NCBI GenBank assembly: GCA_008086245.1
Contig: VSIX01000029.1
Span: 11,813 to 75,812 of the forward strand
Length of the DNA stretch: 64,000 nt
Origin: Candidatus Mcinerneyibacterium aminivorans
GTDB taxonomy: Bacteria > Macinerneyibacteriota > Macinerneyibacteria > Macinerneyibacteriales > Macinerneyibacteriaceae
Direction: 5' to 3'
Shown here: in pieces, positions 9,745-18,104 of the stretch
How positions within the stretch are numbered: position 1 is the stretch's first letter
How the letters are laid out: each line of letters opens with the position of its first letter
Made by a program: the position numbers and the translations under genes
Notes under the pieces: model-generated
Database searches by the model: none
Told to the model about the DNA's origin: nothing
The model's input: the letters and a program-made list of their open reading frames with translations, nothing else

Positions 9745-11537
9745 ATTTGATATTGTTAACTATTGCAATTCCTCTCATTGCAGGCTTTTTAATTTTTATT
9801 CTTCCAAAAAAATTTACTAATATTACAAAGTTTCTTTCAACAATTTCCATATTAATATCTTTTATAATTAATATAATTTTGTTCATTAATACAGAAAAAA
9901 TAGTCAACAACTATTTTATGTTTGATAACTTATCTAAATTTATTTTGCTTTTTATAGGCCTGTTTGCAGTCTTTGTAATTATATATTCACTTAAATATAT
10001 AGAGAGTGTTACAGAAAATATAAATATGTATTTTTCATATATTTTGTTTACTGTAAGTGCATCTTATGGAGCAGCTCTTGCTAATAATTTAATTCTTCTC
10101 TCTGTATTTTGGGGATTTTTAGGTTTTACTTTATATATGTTAATAAATACGAATGACAATGCAACTGCTGAATCCAGTAAAGCTTTTATAATAATAGGAG
10201 CTACAGATTCATTGATGATAATTGGTATAGGTATTTTATATTACATCACCAGTTCTCTAAATATCAGCAGCATTAATATTTCTTTAAAACAGGGTCCCAT
10301 TTTTTTACCTACCATTGCATTTTTAACTTTTGTTGCTGCAGCATTTGCTAAAGCCGGCGCTATGCCTTTTCATACTTGGATTCCGGATATGTCGGAAAAG
10401 GCTCCCATTCCAGTTACAGCATTTTTACCTGCATCTTTGGATAAGCTTCTTGGGATATATTTACTTGCAAGAATAAGTATTAGTGTTTTTGAGCTTAATT
10501 CCTCAATGACATTTATATTATTACTGTTTGGATCAATTACAATAATTGCAGCCGTTTTTATGGCACTTGTTCAGCATGATTTAAGAAAACTGCTTTCCTA
10601 TCATGCAATAAGTCAGGTTGGGTATATGGTTCTTGGTATCGGTACGGGTAATCCCGTAGGTATAGCAGGGGGATTATTTCATATGCTTAATCATTCAATA
10701 TATAAAAGTAATTTGTTTTTAATAAGTGGTTCGGTAAAATATCGTACCAATACAATGAATATGGATAAACTTGGCGGACTGGCTAAATACATGCCGATAA
10801 CTTTTATTGGGGCTGTAATTGCCTCTCTATCAATATCCGGGGTGCCCCCATTTAATGGATTTGTTTCAAAATGGATGGTATATCAGGGTCTAATTGATAT
10901 GGGAAAAGCTGGAAGTAAATTATGGATTTTATGGCTTGTAGCAGCTATGTTTGGTTCCGCTTTGACTCTTGCTAGTTTCATGAAAGTCATTTATTCAGTA
11001 TTTCTGGGAAGATCAGAAAAAAAATGGAGTTTTGGGGATGTTAACTGGACTATGCTTTTACCTATTATTTTCCTATCGATTCTGTGTGTAGGATTCGGAG
11101 TTTTCGCTTTTGCAGTTCCATTAAAATTATTTATAATTCCAGCCCTTGGAGAAATTGGATTATTTGGATTATGGAATTCTCAAATGGCAACCTTATTAAT
11201 GTTAGTGGGCATTGCTTTGGGCTTTTTGATATACTTAATTGGAAATATGAAAAATGTACGTGAAAGCGATATTTTTATTGGAGGCGAAGAAATTCCTTCA
11301 AATAAAAGAGTTACAGGAACTGAATTTTATGACAGTATAAGGGATATATCTATTTTAGATAAAATATATAAAATGGCAGAGAAGAAATATTTTGACCTAT
11401 ATGAAATGCTTAAAAAATTTACATTTGCTATCACTAACAGACTCAGATTAATTCATTCGGGGAAACTTGTAGCATATATTCTTTGGATATTTTTTGGTAT
11501 GGCTGTTTTGTTTATTTTATTAAACATTAGGGGCTAA
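9741..11537 (+). CDS. Antiporter-like membrane subunit (NuoL/MrpA N-terminal type; MbhH-like)
   Basis: 598 aa polytopic protein. LLSYHAISQVGYMVLGIG matches the NuoL/M/N/MrpA/D proton-pump family core. Confidence 0.75.
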   Translation: MNLILLTIAIPLIAGFLIFILPKKFTNITKFLSTISILISFIINIILFINTEKIVNNYFMFDNLSKFILLFIGLFAVFVIIYSLKYIESVTENINMYFSYILFTVSASYGAALANNLILLSVFWGFLGFTLYMLINTNDNATAESSKAFIIIGATDSLMIIGIGILYYITSSLNISSINISLKQGPIFLPTIAFLTFVAAAFAKAGAMPFHTWIPDMSEKAPIPVTAFLPASLDKLLGIYLLARISISVFELNSSMTFILLLFGSITIIAAVFMALVQHDLRKLLSYHAISQVGYMVLGIGTGNPVGIAGGLFHMLNHSIYKSNLFLISGSVKYRTNTMNMDKLGGLAKYMPITFIGAVIASLSISGVPPFNGFVSKWMVYQGLIDMGKAGSKLWILWLVAAMFGSALTLASFMKVIYSVFLGRSEKKWSFGDVNWTMLLPIIFLSILCVGFGVFAFAVPLKLFIIPALGEIGLFGLWNSQMATLLMLVGIALGFLIYLIGNMKNVRESDIFIGGEEIPSNKRVTGTEFYDSIRDISILDKIYKMAEKKYFDLYEMLKKFTFAITNRLRLIHSGKLVAYILWIFFGMAVLFILLNIRG

Positions 11538-11538
11538 T

Positions 11539-12093
11539 ATGCTTGAACTTTACATTGTTTTAATATTAATGATAATTGGAGCTATAATAGCAGTAGAAAC
11601 AAAAAGTATTTTATCTTCGATAGTTGCTCTGGGTAAAGTAGGACTGGGGCTTACCATTGCCTTTTTGATATTAAAAGCTCCGGATTTGGCTATAGTTCAG
11701 CTAGTTGTTGAGATTTTAACCCTAATAATACTTATCCGTGCAACTCTTGGAAGAGATGTAAAATATACTAAAGAAAATCAGAACTGGGGGGTTAAATTTC
11801 TCTCAATTATTTTAATTATTATCTTTTTAATTTTTTCCTACAATGTTTTACAATCATTGCCGGAGTTCGGAAATCCAATATTAAAAGTTGCAGATTACTA
11901 TATAGAAAACGGCATGAAAGAAACGGGAGCTGCAAATCTTGTTACTTCTGTTATTCTTGATTTCCGTGCCTTTGATACTTTAGGAGAAGCAACAGTTTTA
12001 TTTACTGCTATTTTAGGAGCTTTAGCGGTTTTAAGAAAAAATGGAATTAAGGATAAAGATACAAAGGAAAATAAAGGAGTTCAAGGTGATTAA
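11539..12093 (+). CDS. Separately encoded MrpA C-terminal-like / MnhB-domain subunit (MbhD/E-like)
   Basis: N-terminal TM region plus NLVTSVILDFRAFDTLGEATVLFTAILG, the MnhB-domain signature. Confidence 0.6.
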   Translation: MLELYIVLILMIIGAIIAVETKSILSSIVALGKVGLGLTIAFLILKAPDLAIVQLVVEILTLIILIRATLGRDVKYTKENQNWGVKFLSIILIIIFLIFSYNVLQSLPEFGNPILKVADYYIENGMKETGAANLVTSVILDFRAFDTLGEATVLFTAILGALAVLRKNGIKDKDTKENKGVQGD

Positions 12094-12535
12094 TAACAGA
12101 GATTCTCAGGGTATGTCAGTAATTGTAAAAACTATTACAAGGTTGACTATTGGATTGATTCTTCTGTATGGTGTGTACATATTATTACACGGACATATTA
12201 CACCGGGAGGAGGTTTCGCCGGGGGAGTTATAATTGCCCTGTCTTTTATACATATAATGCTTGCTTTTGGAAAAAATGTTGCCCTTGAGAAATTAAATCA
12301 AACCTGGAGCAAAATTTTTGAAAGTACAGGGGCGCTGTTATTTATTACTATAGCATTTCTCGGTTTTTTTGGAGGGGTGTTTTTTAATAATTTTCTGGAT
12401 AAAGGAGAACATTTTGAACTTTTCAGTGCCGGAACAATCTTGCTTTCGAATATTGCAATATTTTTAAAGGTTGGAGCAGGTTTGTTTCTTTTATTTGTTG
12501 CTCTTGTTCTATTTAAAATTGGGGGTAGAAAGTGA
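12086..12535 (+). CDS. MrpB-like subunit (MbhF-like)
   Basis: HGHITPGGGFAGGVIIA is the MrpB signature. The tracked start (12041) overlaps the upstream gene. GTG 12086, preceded by AAAGGAG, is preferred. ATG 12113 is an alternative. Confidence 0.55.
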   Translation: MINNRDSQGMSVIVKTITRLTIGLILLYGVYILLHGHITPGGGFAGGVIIALSFIHIMLAFGKNVALEKLNQTWSKIFESTGALLFITIAFLGFFGGVFFNNFLDKGEHFELFSAGTILLSNIAIFLKVGAGLFLLFVALVLFKIGGRK

Positions 12536-12867
12536 TATATTTTCTTTGCTTTATATTATTTAGTATTGGACTTTATAGTATATTAACAAAAAGAAATCTC
12601 ATTAAAATTATAATCGGGATATCCATAGTTGATTATGCAATAAATTTATTCTTTATTTTGGTGGGATATAGAATGAATGGGAGATCTCCAATTTTAGAAA
12701 AAGGAGAAGAAATTGAAAGAATAGTCGATCCATTGCCCCAGGCCGTAGTTTTGACTTCTATTGTTATCGGTCTGGCAGTAACTGCATTACTGGTAGCAAT
12801 TGCTATTAGAATATATGAAAAATATGGTACTTTTGATATCAATGAAATTAAAGAATTGAAAGGATAA
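12532..12867 (+). CDS. MrpC/NuoK-like subunit (MbhG-like)
   Basis: 111 aa, 3 TM segments, NuoK/MrpC-like. Confidence 0.6.
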   Translation: MIYFLCFILFSIGLYSILTKRNLIKIIIGISIVDYAINLFFILVGYRMNGRSPILEKGEEIERIVDPLPQAVVLTSIVIGLAVTALLVAIAIRIYEKYGTFDINEIKELKG

Positions 12868-12869
12868 AA

Positions 12870-14363
12870 ATGGAACATATTATACCATTGTTTGTAGCAA
12901 TAAGTCTGGCAACAGCATTTTTAATATCACTGCTGGGATCAAAATTTAAATTTTTTAGAACAGCATTTCCTGTCATTTCTTCAGCTGCACTTGTTATACT
13001 TTCTGTTCTTTCAATTTTTCTTGTAAATAATAATGGTTTAATGGTATATAAAATGGGAGGCTGGATTCCTCCTATAGGAATATGTATGGTTCTGGACGGA
13101 TTGTCTTCCTTTATGCTTTTAACCGTTAATTTAGTTGCTTTTTTTATAATGATATATTCAATAAATTATGTTAAAAAATATACAGATGTTTATAAATATT
13201 TTGGGCTGCTATTTTTGATGCTGGCAGGAATGAATGGTGTAATTATAACAGGGGATCTTTTCAATTTATTTGTGTATTTGGAAGTTGCTGCAGTATCAAG
13301 TTATGCTCTTGTAGCTTTTGGTACAGGGAGACAGGAGCTGGAAGCATCCTTTAAATATATGGTTATGGGAACACTTGCTTCCGGTTTAATATTGTTATCA
13401 ATTGCTTTAATGTACAGCTATACTTCAACTTTAAACATGGCTGATATTGGCAAATCTCTTGCAAATGAAGGAAGTTCTTCCGTGATAATTTTTATTTCAG
13501 TAATGTTTATTGTAGGTTTTGGTCTAAAAGCAGCACTTGTGCCGTTTCACTGGTGGCTGCCCGATGCTCACCCATCTGCACCTGCACCTATTTCTGCTAT
13601 GCTTTCAGGGGTGCTTATAAAAGCATTAGGAGTTTATGCTATAATAAGAATATTTTACAATGTTATCGGAAGCAATATATATACTTCAAGAATATTGCTT
13701 GTATTAGGAACCCTTTCCATGATAGTTGGAGTAATTTTCGCAATTGGACAGTATGACTTTAAAAGATTGCTTGCATACCATTCAATAAGTCAGATCGGTT
13801 ATGTTATACTTGGAATCGGTTTGGCAACTCCTCTCGGAATTTTGGGGGGACTTTTCCATTTATTTAACCACTCAATATTCAAATCATTGCTCTTTTTAAA
13901 CTCGGGAGCTGTTGAATATTCAACCGGAACAAGAGATTTAAAGAAAATGGGTGGACTTAATAAGAAAATGCCGGTAACCGGAAATACATCAATGATAGCT
14001 TCTATGTCAATAGCTGGGATTCCACCTTTTAACGGATTCTGGAGTAAGCTTTTGATAATAATCGCCTGTGTAGAAGCTAATGAGTATATTTATGGACTAT
14101 TTGCTGTCATAGGTAGTGTTCTTACAATGGCATCCTTTATGAAAGTTCAGAAATATGCATTTCTGGGCAAACTAAAGGAAAAGTGGAAAAATATAGAGGA
14201 AGTACCATTTGGAATGAAGTTTTCTATGATTTGTTTGGCTCTTATTTGTGTATTTGGTGGTTTATTACTGTTACCTGAAATATCTAATTTATTACTGAAA
14301 GAAGCATCAAATGCAGTTTTAATAGGTAAAGAATATGTTAACCAGGTTCTGGGGAGTGTTTAA
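12870..14363 (+). CDS. Second antiporter-like subunit (MrpD/NuoM-N-like)
   Basis: 497 aa. LLAYHSISQIGYVILGIG and WWLPDAHPSAPAPISA fit the MrpD/NuoM family. Confidence 0.75.
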   Translation: MEHIIPLFVAISLATAFLISLLGSKFKFFRTAFPVISSAALVILSVLSIFLVNNNGLMVYKMGGWIPPIGICMVLDGLSSFMLLTVNLVAFFIMIYSINYVKKYTDVYKYFGLLFLMLAGMNGVIITGDLFNLFVYLEVAAVSSYALVAFGTGRQELEASFKYMVMGTLASGLILLSIALMYSYTSTLNMADIGKSLANEGSSSVIIFISVMFIVGFGLKAALVPFHWWLPDAHPSAPAPISAMLSGVLIKALGVYAIIRIFYNVIGSNIYTSRILLVLGTLSMIVGVIFAIGQYDFKRLLAYHSISQIGYVILGIGLATPLGILGGLFHLFNHSIFKSLLFLNSGAVEYSTGTRDLKKMGGLNKKMPVTGNTSMIASMSIAGIPPFNGFWSKLLIIIACVEANEYIYGLFAVIGSVLTMASFMKVQKYAFLGKLKEKWKNIEEVPFGMKFSMICLALICVFGGLLLLPEISNLLLKEASNAVLIGKEYVNQVLGSV

Positions 14364-14857
14364 TGAGAAGCAAAATAGTTTTATTTATAGTGGCGTTGGT
14401 AGTTTGGCTGGGTTTCACCTGGCCACCTGATTTGTCTCATTTGTTGGTAGGAATACTTGTAGCTATTTTCGTGGCTTACATGACAGGTGATATGTTTATA
14501 ACACGTCCACATCACTTAATACATCCTTTGAGGTATTTCTGGCTATTTGTCTATATTCCTGTGTTTATATGGGAATGTTTTAAAGCTAATCTGGATGTCG
14601 TTTACAGGGTTATCCATCCTGATGTTCCTATTAATCCGGGTATTGTTAAAGTTAAAACCAAATTAAAGTCGGATACTGGAATTACTTTTTTAGCCAATTC
14701 TATTACCCTAACACCTGGAACCTTAAGTGTGGATGTAGATCAGGATAATGGATACTTATATATCCACTGGATCCATGTTTTTAATGAAGATGTTGAAGGA
14801 GCAACTAAAGATATTGTTAGAAGATTTGAATATATATTGGAAAGGATTTTCGAATAA
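14363..14857 (+). CDS. MrpE-like subunit (MbhA-like)
   Basis: 164 aa, N-terminal TM pair. Position in the Mrp E-F-G series. Confidence 0.5.
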   Translation: MRSKIVLFIVALVVWLGFTWPPDLSHLLVGILVAIFVAYMTGDMFITRPHHLIHPLRYFWLFVYIPVFIWECFKANLDVVYRVIHPDVPINPGIVKVKTKLKSDTGITFLANSITLTPGTLSVDVDQDNGYLYIHWIHVFNEDVEGATKDIVRRFEYILERIFE

Positions 14858-15228
14858 TGAAAAAGAGATTGCGATGGATTTTAGGTTCTGTAGTTTTAAT
14901 TATAATATTATATTTAATTTTATTTTATCCCTTCCAGATATTAATATATGAGAAATTATTATTTATACCTGTATTAAAAAGGGTAATCTTTATTCTCTTA
15001 TTGAGTGCAGCTTTTTGTTTGTTTAGGATTATGAAAGGACCTACTGCTCTGGATAGAATAGTTGCTATTGATATTTTGGGGATATTAATTGTTGGGTTAT
15101 GCTCTGTATTAACTATTACCACCGGAAGAAGCTGGTATCTTGATATAGGTATAGCCTGGGCATTACAGAGTTTTATAGGAACAATAGCACTTTCAAAATA
15201 TATGGAAGGGCGGGATTTTGATGATTGA
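14857..15228 (+). CDS. MrpF-like subunit (MbhB-like)
   Basis: 123 aa, small 3-TM protein immediately following the MrpE-like ORF. Confidence 0.5.
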   Translation: MKKRLRWILGSVVLIIILYLILFYPFQILIYEKLLFIPVLKRVIFILLLSAAFCLFRIMKGPTALDRIVAIDILGILIVGLCSVLTITTGRSWYLDIGIAWALQSFIGTIALSKYMEGRDFDD

Positions 15229-15565
15229 TACTATAGGGATTATTTTTATAGGTCTAGGGATCTTTTTTGACCTTTTTGGTTGTTTGGGTTTAATAAGATT
15301 TCCGGATTTATATAATAGGCTACAGGCATCAACCAAATGTGTTACATTTGGAACGGGAAGTATTTTATTTGGAACTTTTTTAATAGTGGGATTTACAGCG
15401 GCAGGTATAAAAGCATTATTTACAATTATCTTTATTGTTCTTACAGCGCCGGTTTCTGCCCATGCTTTGTCCAAAAGTGCACATATGTCCGGAATACCAT
15501 TATGGCAGGAAAGTGTATGCGATAAATTGGAAGATGAAAACAGATATAAAAAGAACGACCAGTAG
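15218..15565 (+). CDS. MrpG-like subunit (MbhC-like)
   Basis: 115 aa, TM-rich. ...TAPVSAHALSKSAH resembles the MnhG family. Confidence 0.55.
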   Translation: MMIDTIGIIFIGLGIFFDLFGCLGLIRFPDLYNRLQASTKCVTFGTGSILFGTFLIVGFTAAGIKALFTIIFIVLTAPVSAHALSKSAHMSGIPLWQESVCDKLEDENRYKKNDQ

Positions 15566-15595
15566 TATTATAAAATATAATAGTGAGGGATAAAT

Positions 15596-16234
15596 ATGAA
15601 GCTACCCAGTCTTTTTCAGTTTAGAGTTTTAAAAGAGGCTTTAAAATCAATATTTTCGCCGAGATATACTTCCAAATATCCGGCTGTGTCCCATGTTCCC
15701 CCAAAAAAATTTAGGGGGAAACCGGAATTTAATGAGAAAGAATGCGTTGGTTGTAAGGCTTGTGCCGAAGTTTGTCCTACAGAGGCAATTGAGGTAGTTG
15801 ATGATGTTGAAATATCGCCTCCTAATAGAAAATTTCTTCATCATTATGATTTATGTATATTTTGCGGTCACTGTGAGGCGAACTGTATTACAGAAAAGGG
15901 GATTGTTTTAGAAGACGAATACGATCTTGCTGTGTTTGATAGAGACGAAGCATTTACTTCTATTGATAAAGAATTAATAATCTGTGAGGATTGTGGGGAA
16001 ATAATTGGGGCTAAGGATCATTTAATCTATCTGGCTAAAAAATTAGGGCCTCTTGCTTACGGTAACTTCCCCCTTATTATGACAGCACAAAAAGAACTAA
16101 AAATCGTAAACAGAGATCTTCCTTCCACAATATCTGGAGAAAAAAGAAGAACGGACATGTTTAATGTACTGTGCCCCAAATGTAGAAGTGAAATACTTAT
16201 AAATATTGGTGGAAGTGAGAATGAAGAAGATTGA
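15596..16234 (+). CDS. NuoI-like 2x[4Fe-4S] subunit (MbhN-like) with a Cys-rich C-terminal extension
   Basis: CVGCKACAEVCP and CIFCGHCEANC motifs. An extra CEDCGE...CPKC pair lies in the C-terminal ~80 aa. Confidence 0.75.
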   Translation: MKLPSLFQFRVLKEALKSIFSPRYTSKYPAVSHVPPKKFRGKPEFNEKECVGCKACAEVCPTEAIEVVDDVEISPPNRKFLHHYDLCIFCGHCEANCITEKGIVLEDEYDLAVFDRDEAFTSIDKELIICEDCGEIIGAKDHLIYLAKKLGPLAYGNFPLIMTAQKELKIVNRDLPSTISGEKRRTDMFNVLCPKCRSEILINIGGSENEED

Positions 16235-16667
16235 CGACATATTAAAAGGGAAGGTACTTTTTGTAGGAATCGGAAATGAAATGAGAGGAGATGATGGGAT
16301 AGGTCCTTTTTTTGTCAAAAAGGGGCGAAGATTATTAGATGATTATCAGTTTTTGAATGTAAAAGAAACACCGGAAAATTATTTTGACAAAATGTTAGAA
16401 AAGGATATTGATACTTTAATATTTGTCGATGCCGTTGATTTTAATTCATCACCCGGAACCATCAAATTATTTGGTAAAGATCAGATTGTTAATTCTTCAA
16501 TATCCACACATAATTCATCATTAAAAATGTCGATTAATTTTTTAAAACAATTTAAAGCAAATCTAAGAATATTTTTAATAGGAATTCAACCTGAGAACTG
16601 TCAATTGAATAACAATTTATCATTTAATGTGAAAAGTAGTATTGATAGACTTCTAGATAAACTATAG
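16206..16667 (+). CDS. hycI: Hydrogenase maturation endopeptidase (HycI/HybD family)
   Basis: VLFVGIGNEMRGDDGIGPF matches the GiGN...DDg.G protease signature. Confidence 0.8.
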   Translation: MVEVRMKKIDDILKGKVLFVGIGNEMRGDDGIGPFFVKKGRRLLDDYQFLNVKETPENYFDKMLEKDIDTLIFVDAVDFNSSPGTIKLFGKDQIVNSSISTHNSSLKMSINFLKQFKANLRIFLIGIQPENCQLNNNLSFNVKSSIDRLLDKL

Positions 16668-16704
16668 TTCTTTATTTTAATTAATTTTTAGAGAGAGTAC
16701 AAAA

Positions 16705-17061
16705 ATGGATAATATGGATATAGCGGATGATTTATATTTACTTATTAAAGACCTTGCAGAAGAAGAAAATATACACTCTGTAAAGTATATTAAATTGGTA
16801 ATTGGTAAAGCATTGGAGGTTAATAAGAAAGGATTATTCAAAAAATTACAGAAGGATATATTTCCCGGGACAATTTGTAAGAATACTAAATTGGATATTG
16901 TAGAAGAAAGTGTGAAATTAAAGTGTAGAAAATGCAGCAAAATTATGACACCTGATCAAAAGTTTTTTGTATATTGTAATTATTGCGGGGGGCATGATTT
17001 TGATATTATTCAGGGTAGAAAGATATATATTGACAAAATTGAAGGGAAGACAAAGCAATAA
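16705..17061 (+). CDS. HypA-like zinc-finger protein lacking the N-terminal MHE nickel-binding motif (HypA paralog)
   Basis: CRKC-14 aa-CNYC zinc finger. Overall alignment to HypA is good, but the N-terminus is MDNMDIADD, not MHE. Confidence 0.55.
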   Translation: MDNMDIADDLYLLIKDLAEEENIHSVKYIKLVIGKALEVNKKGLFKKLQKDIFPGTICKNTKLDIVEESVKLKCRKCSKIMTPDQKFFVYCNYCGGHDFDIIQGRKIYIDKIEGKTKQ

Positions 17062-17079
17062 AAATTATAAGGAGGAAGT

Positions 17080-17724
17080 ATGGAGATTGTGAAAATTGGG
17101 AAAGAGGCAATGAAAAAAAATGAAAATTTTGCTGATAAAAATAATAAATTACTTACAGATAATGATATATTTGCCGTTGATGTTATGGGATCGGTTGGTT
17201 CGGGAAAAACATCAATAATTAAGCAAATAATTAAAAAATTAAAAAATAAACAAAGAATTGGAGTGATAGCAGGGGATTTGACTACTGAGATTGATGCCAG
17301 GCGAATTGAAGAGGAAGGAGTACCTGTAATACAGATTCAAACGGGAAGAGTGTGTCATTTGGATGCTGGACTTGTACAAAAAGCTATTACAAAATTTAAT
17401 TTGGCGGATATAGATTTATTATTTATAGAAAATGTAGGTAATTTAATTTGTCCTGCAGGCTGTCCGATAGGAGCCCATATGGAACTTGTTGTTACTTCTG
17501 TGACCGAAGGGCCCTATATGATTCAGAAACATCCACCGATGTTTCAAAGAGCCGATACAGTAGCTATGAATAAAATAGATTTTGCCGAAAAGATGGAAAT
17601 CTCAATTGAAAATTTTAAAGAAGATTTGAGTAAAATTAACCCGACATCTAAATTTGTCGGGACTAACGGGTTAACCGGCGAAGGGGTTGAAGAGTTAATT
17701 GAATGCATGAATTTACCGCAGTAA
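17080..17724 (+). CDS. hypB: Hydrogenase nickel incorporation GTPase HypB
   Basis: GSVGSGKTS P-loop. ENVGNLICPAGCPIGAH is the HypB signature. 214 aa. Confidence 0.85.
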   Translation: MEIVKIGKEAMKKNENFADKNNKLLTDNDIFAVDVMGSVGSGKTSIIKQIIKKLKNKQRIGVIAGDLTTEIDARRIEEEGVPVIQIQTGRVCHLDAGLVQKAITKFNLADIDLLFIENVGNLICPAGCPIGAHMELVVTSVTEGPYMIQKHPPMFQRADTVAMNKIDFAEKMEISIENFKEDLSKINPTSKFVGTNGLTGEGVEELIECMNLPQ

Positions 17725-18104
17725 AAAATATTATCAATATTATTTTAAAAGCTGCAAGGGATAATAATGCAGAAAAAATATATTCAATTAAAATCGGTAT
17801 AGGTGAATTAACAATGCTTGAGAAAAATCAGATCCAATACTGGTTAAAGCTAATGCTGGATGAGATAGATATAGCCAAAAACAGCAAGTTAAATTTACAT
17901 ATAATAAAAGGCGTTATAAGATGTCAGGAGTGCAATTTTAAGGGACCGCTTGAATCAACTATGGAACTTAACCATCTTTTCCCTGTAATTAAATGCCCGG
18001 AGTGTGAAAGCAATAATATTGAAATTATTAAAGGGGACAGATGCCTTGTAGAAGAAATGGAAGTAGATAAATATAATGAAAGTATATCAGGAGGGGATAA
18101 TTAA
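17703..18104 (+). CDS. hypA: Hydrogenase nickel insertion protein HypA (canonical)
   Basis: N-terminal MHEFTAV (MHE Ni site). CQEC...CPEC zinc finger. Overlaps hypB by 22 nt. Confidence 0.85.
   Translation: MHEFTAVKNIINIILKAARDNNAEKIYSIKIGIGELTMLEKNQIQYWLKLMLDEIDIAKNSKLNLHIIKGVIRCQECNFKGPLESTMELNHLFPVIKCPECESNNIEIIKGDRCLVEEMEVDKYNESISGGDN

Noticed and set aside
12041-12085. Tracked start of the MrpB-like ORF at 12041 (MELRIKIQ...).
   Set aside because: Lies entirely inside the preceding gene's 3' end. The MrpB signature begins after GTG 12086 / ATG 12113, and an RBS precedes 12086.
13553-13756. Same-strand small ORFs nested in or overlapping real genes: 13553-13756, 14748-14951, 15337-15525, 28032-28298, 29607-29816, 46730-46927, 46881-47093, 50950-51159 and 51655-51963.
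   Set aside because: They sit in alternative frames of well-supported genes (MrpD, MrpE/F, MrpG, the NapH-like gene, tatA, ftsY/patatin, WecA-like, PurH-like). No independent evidence.
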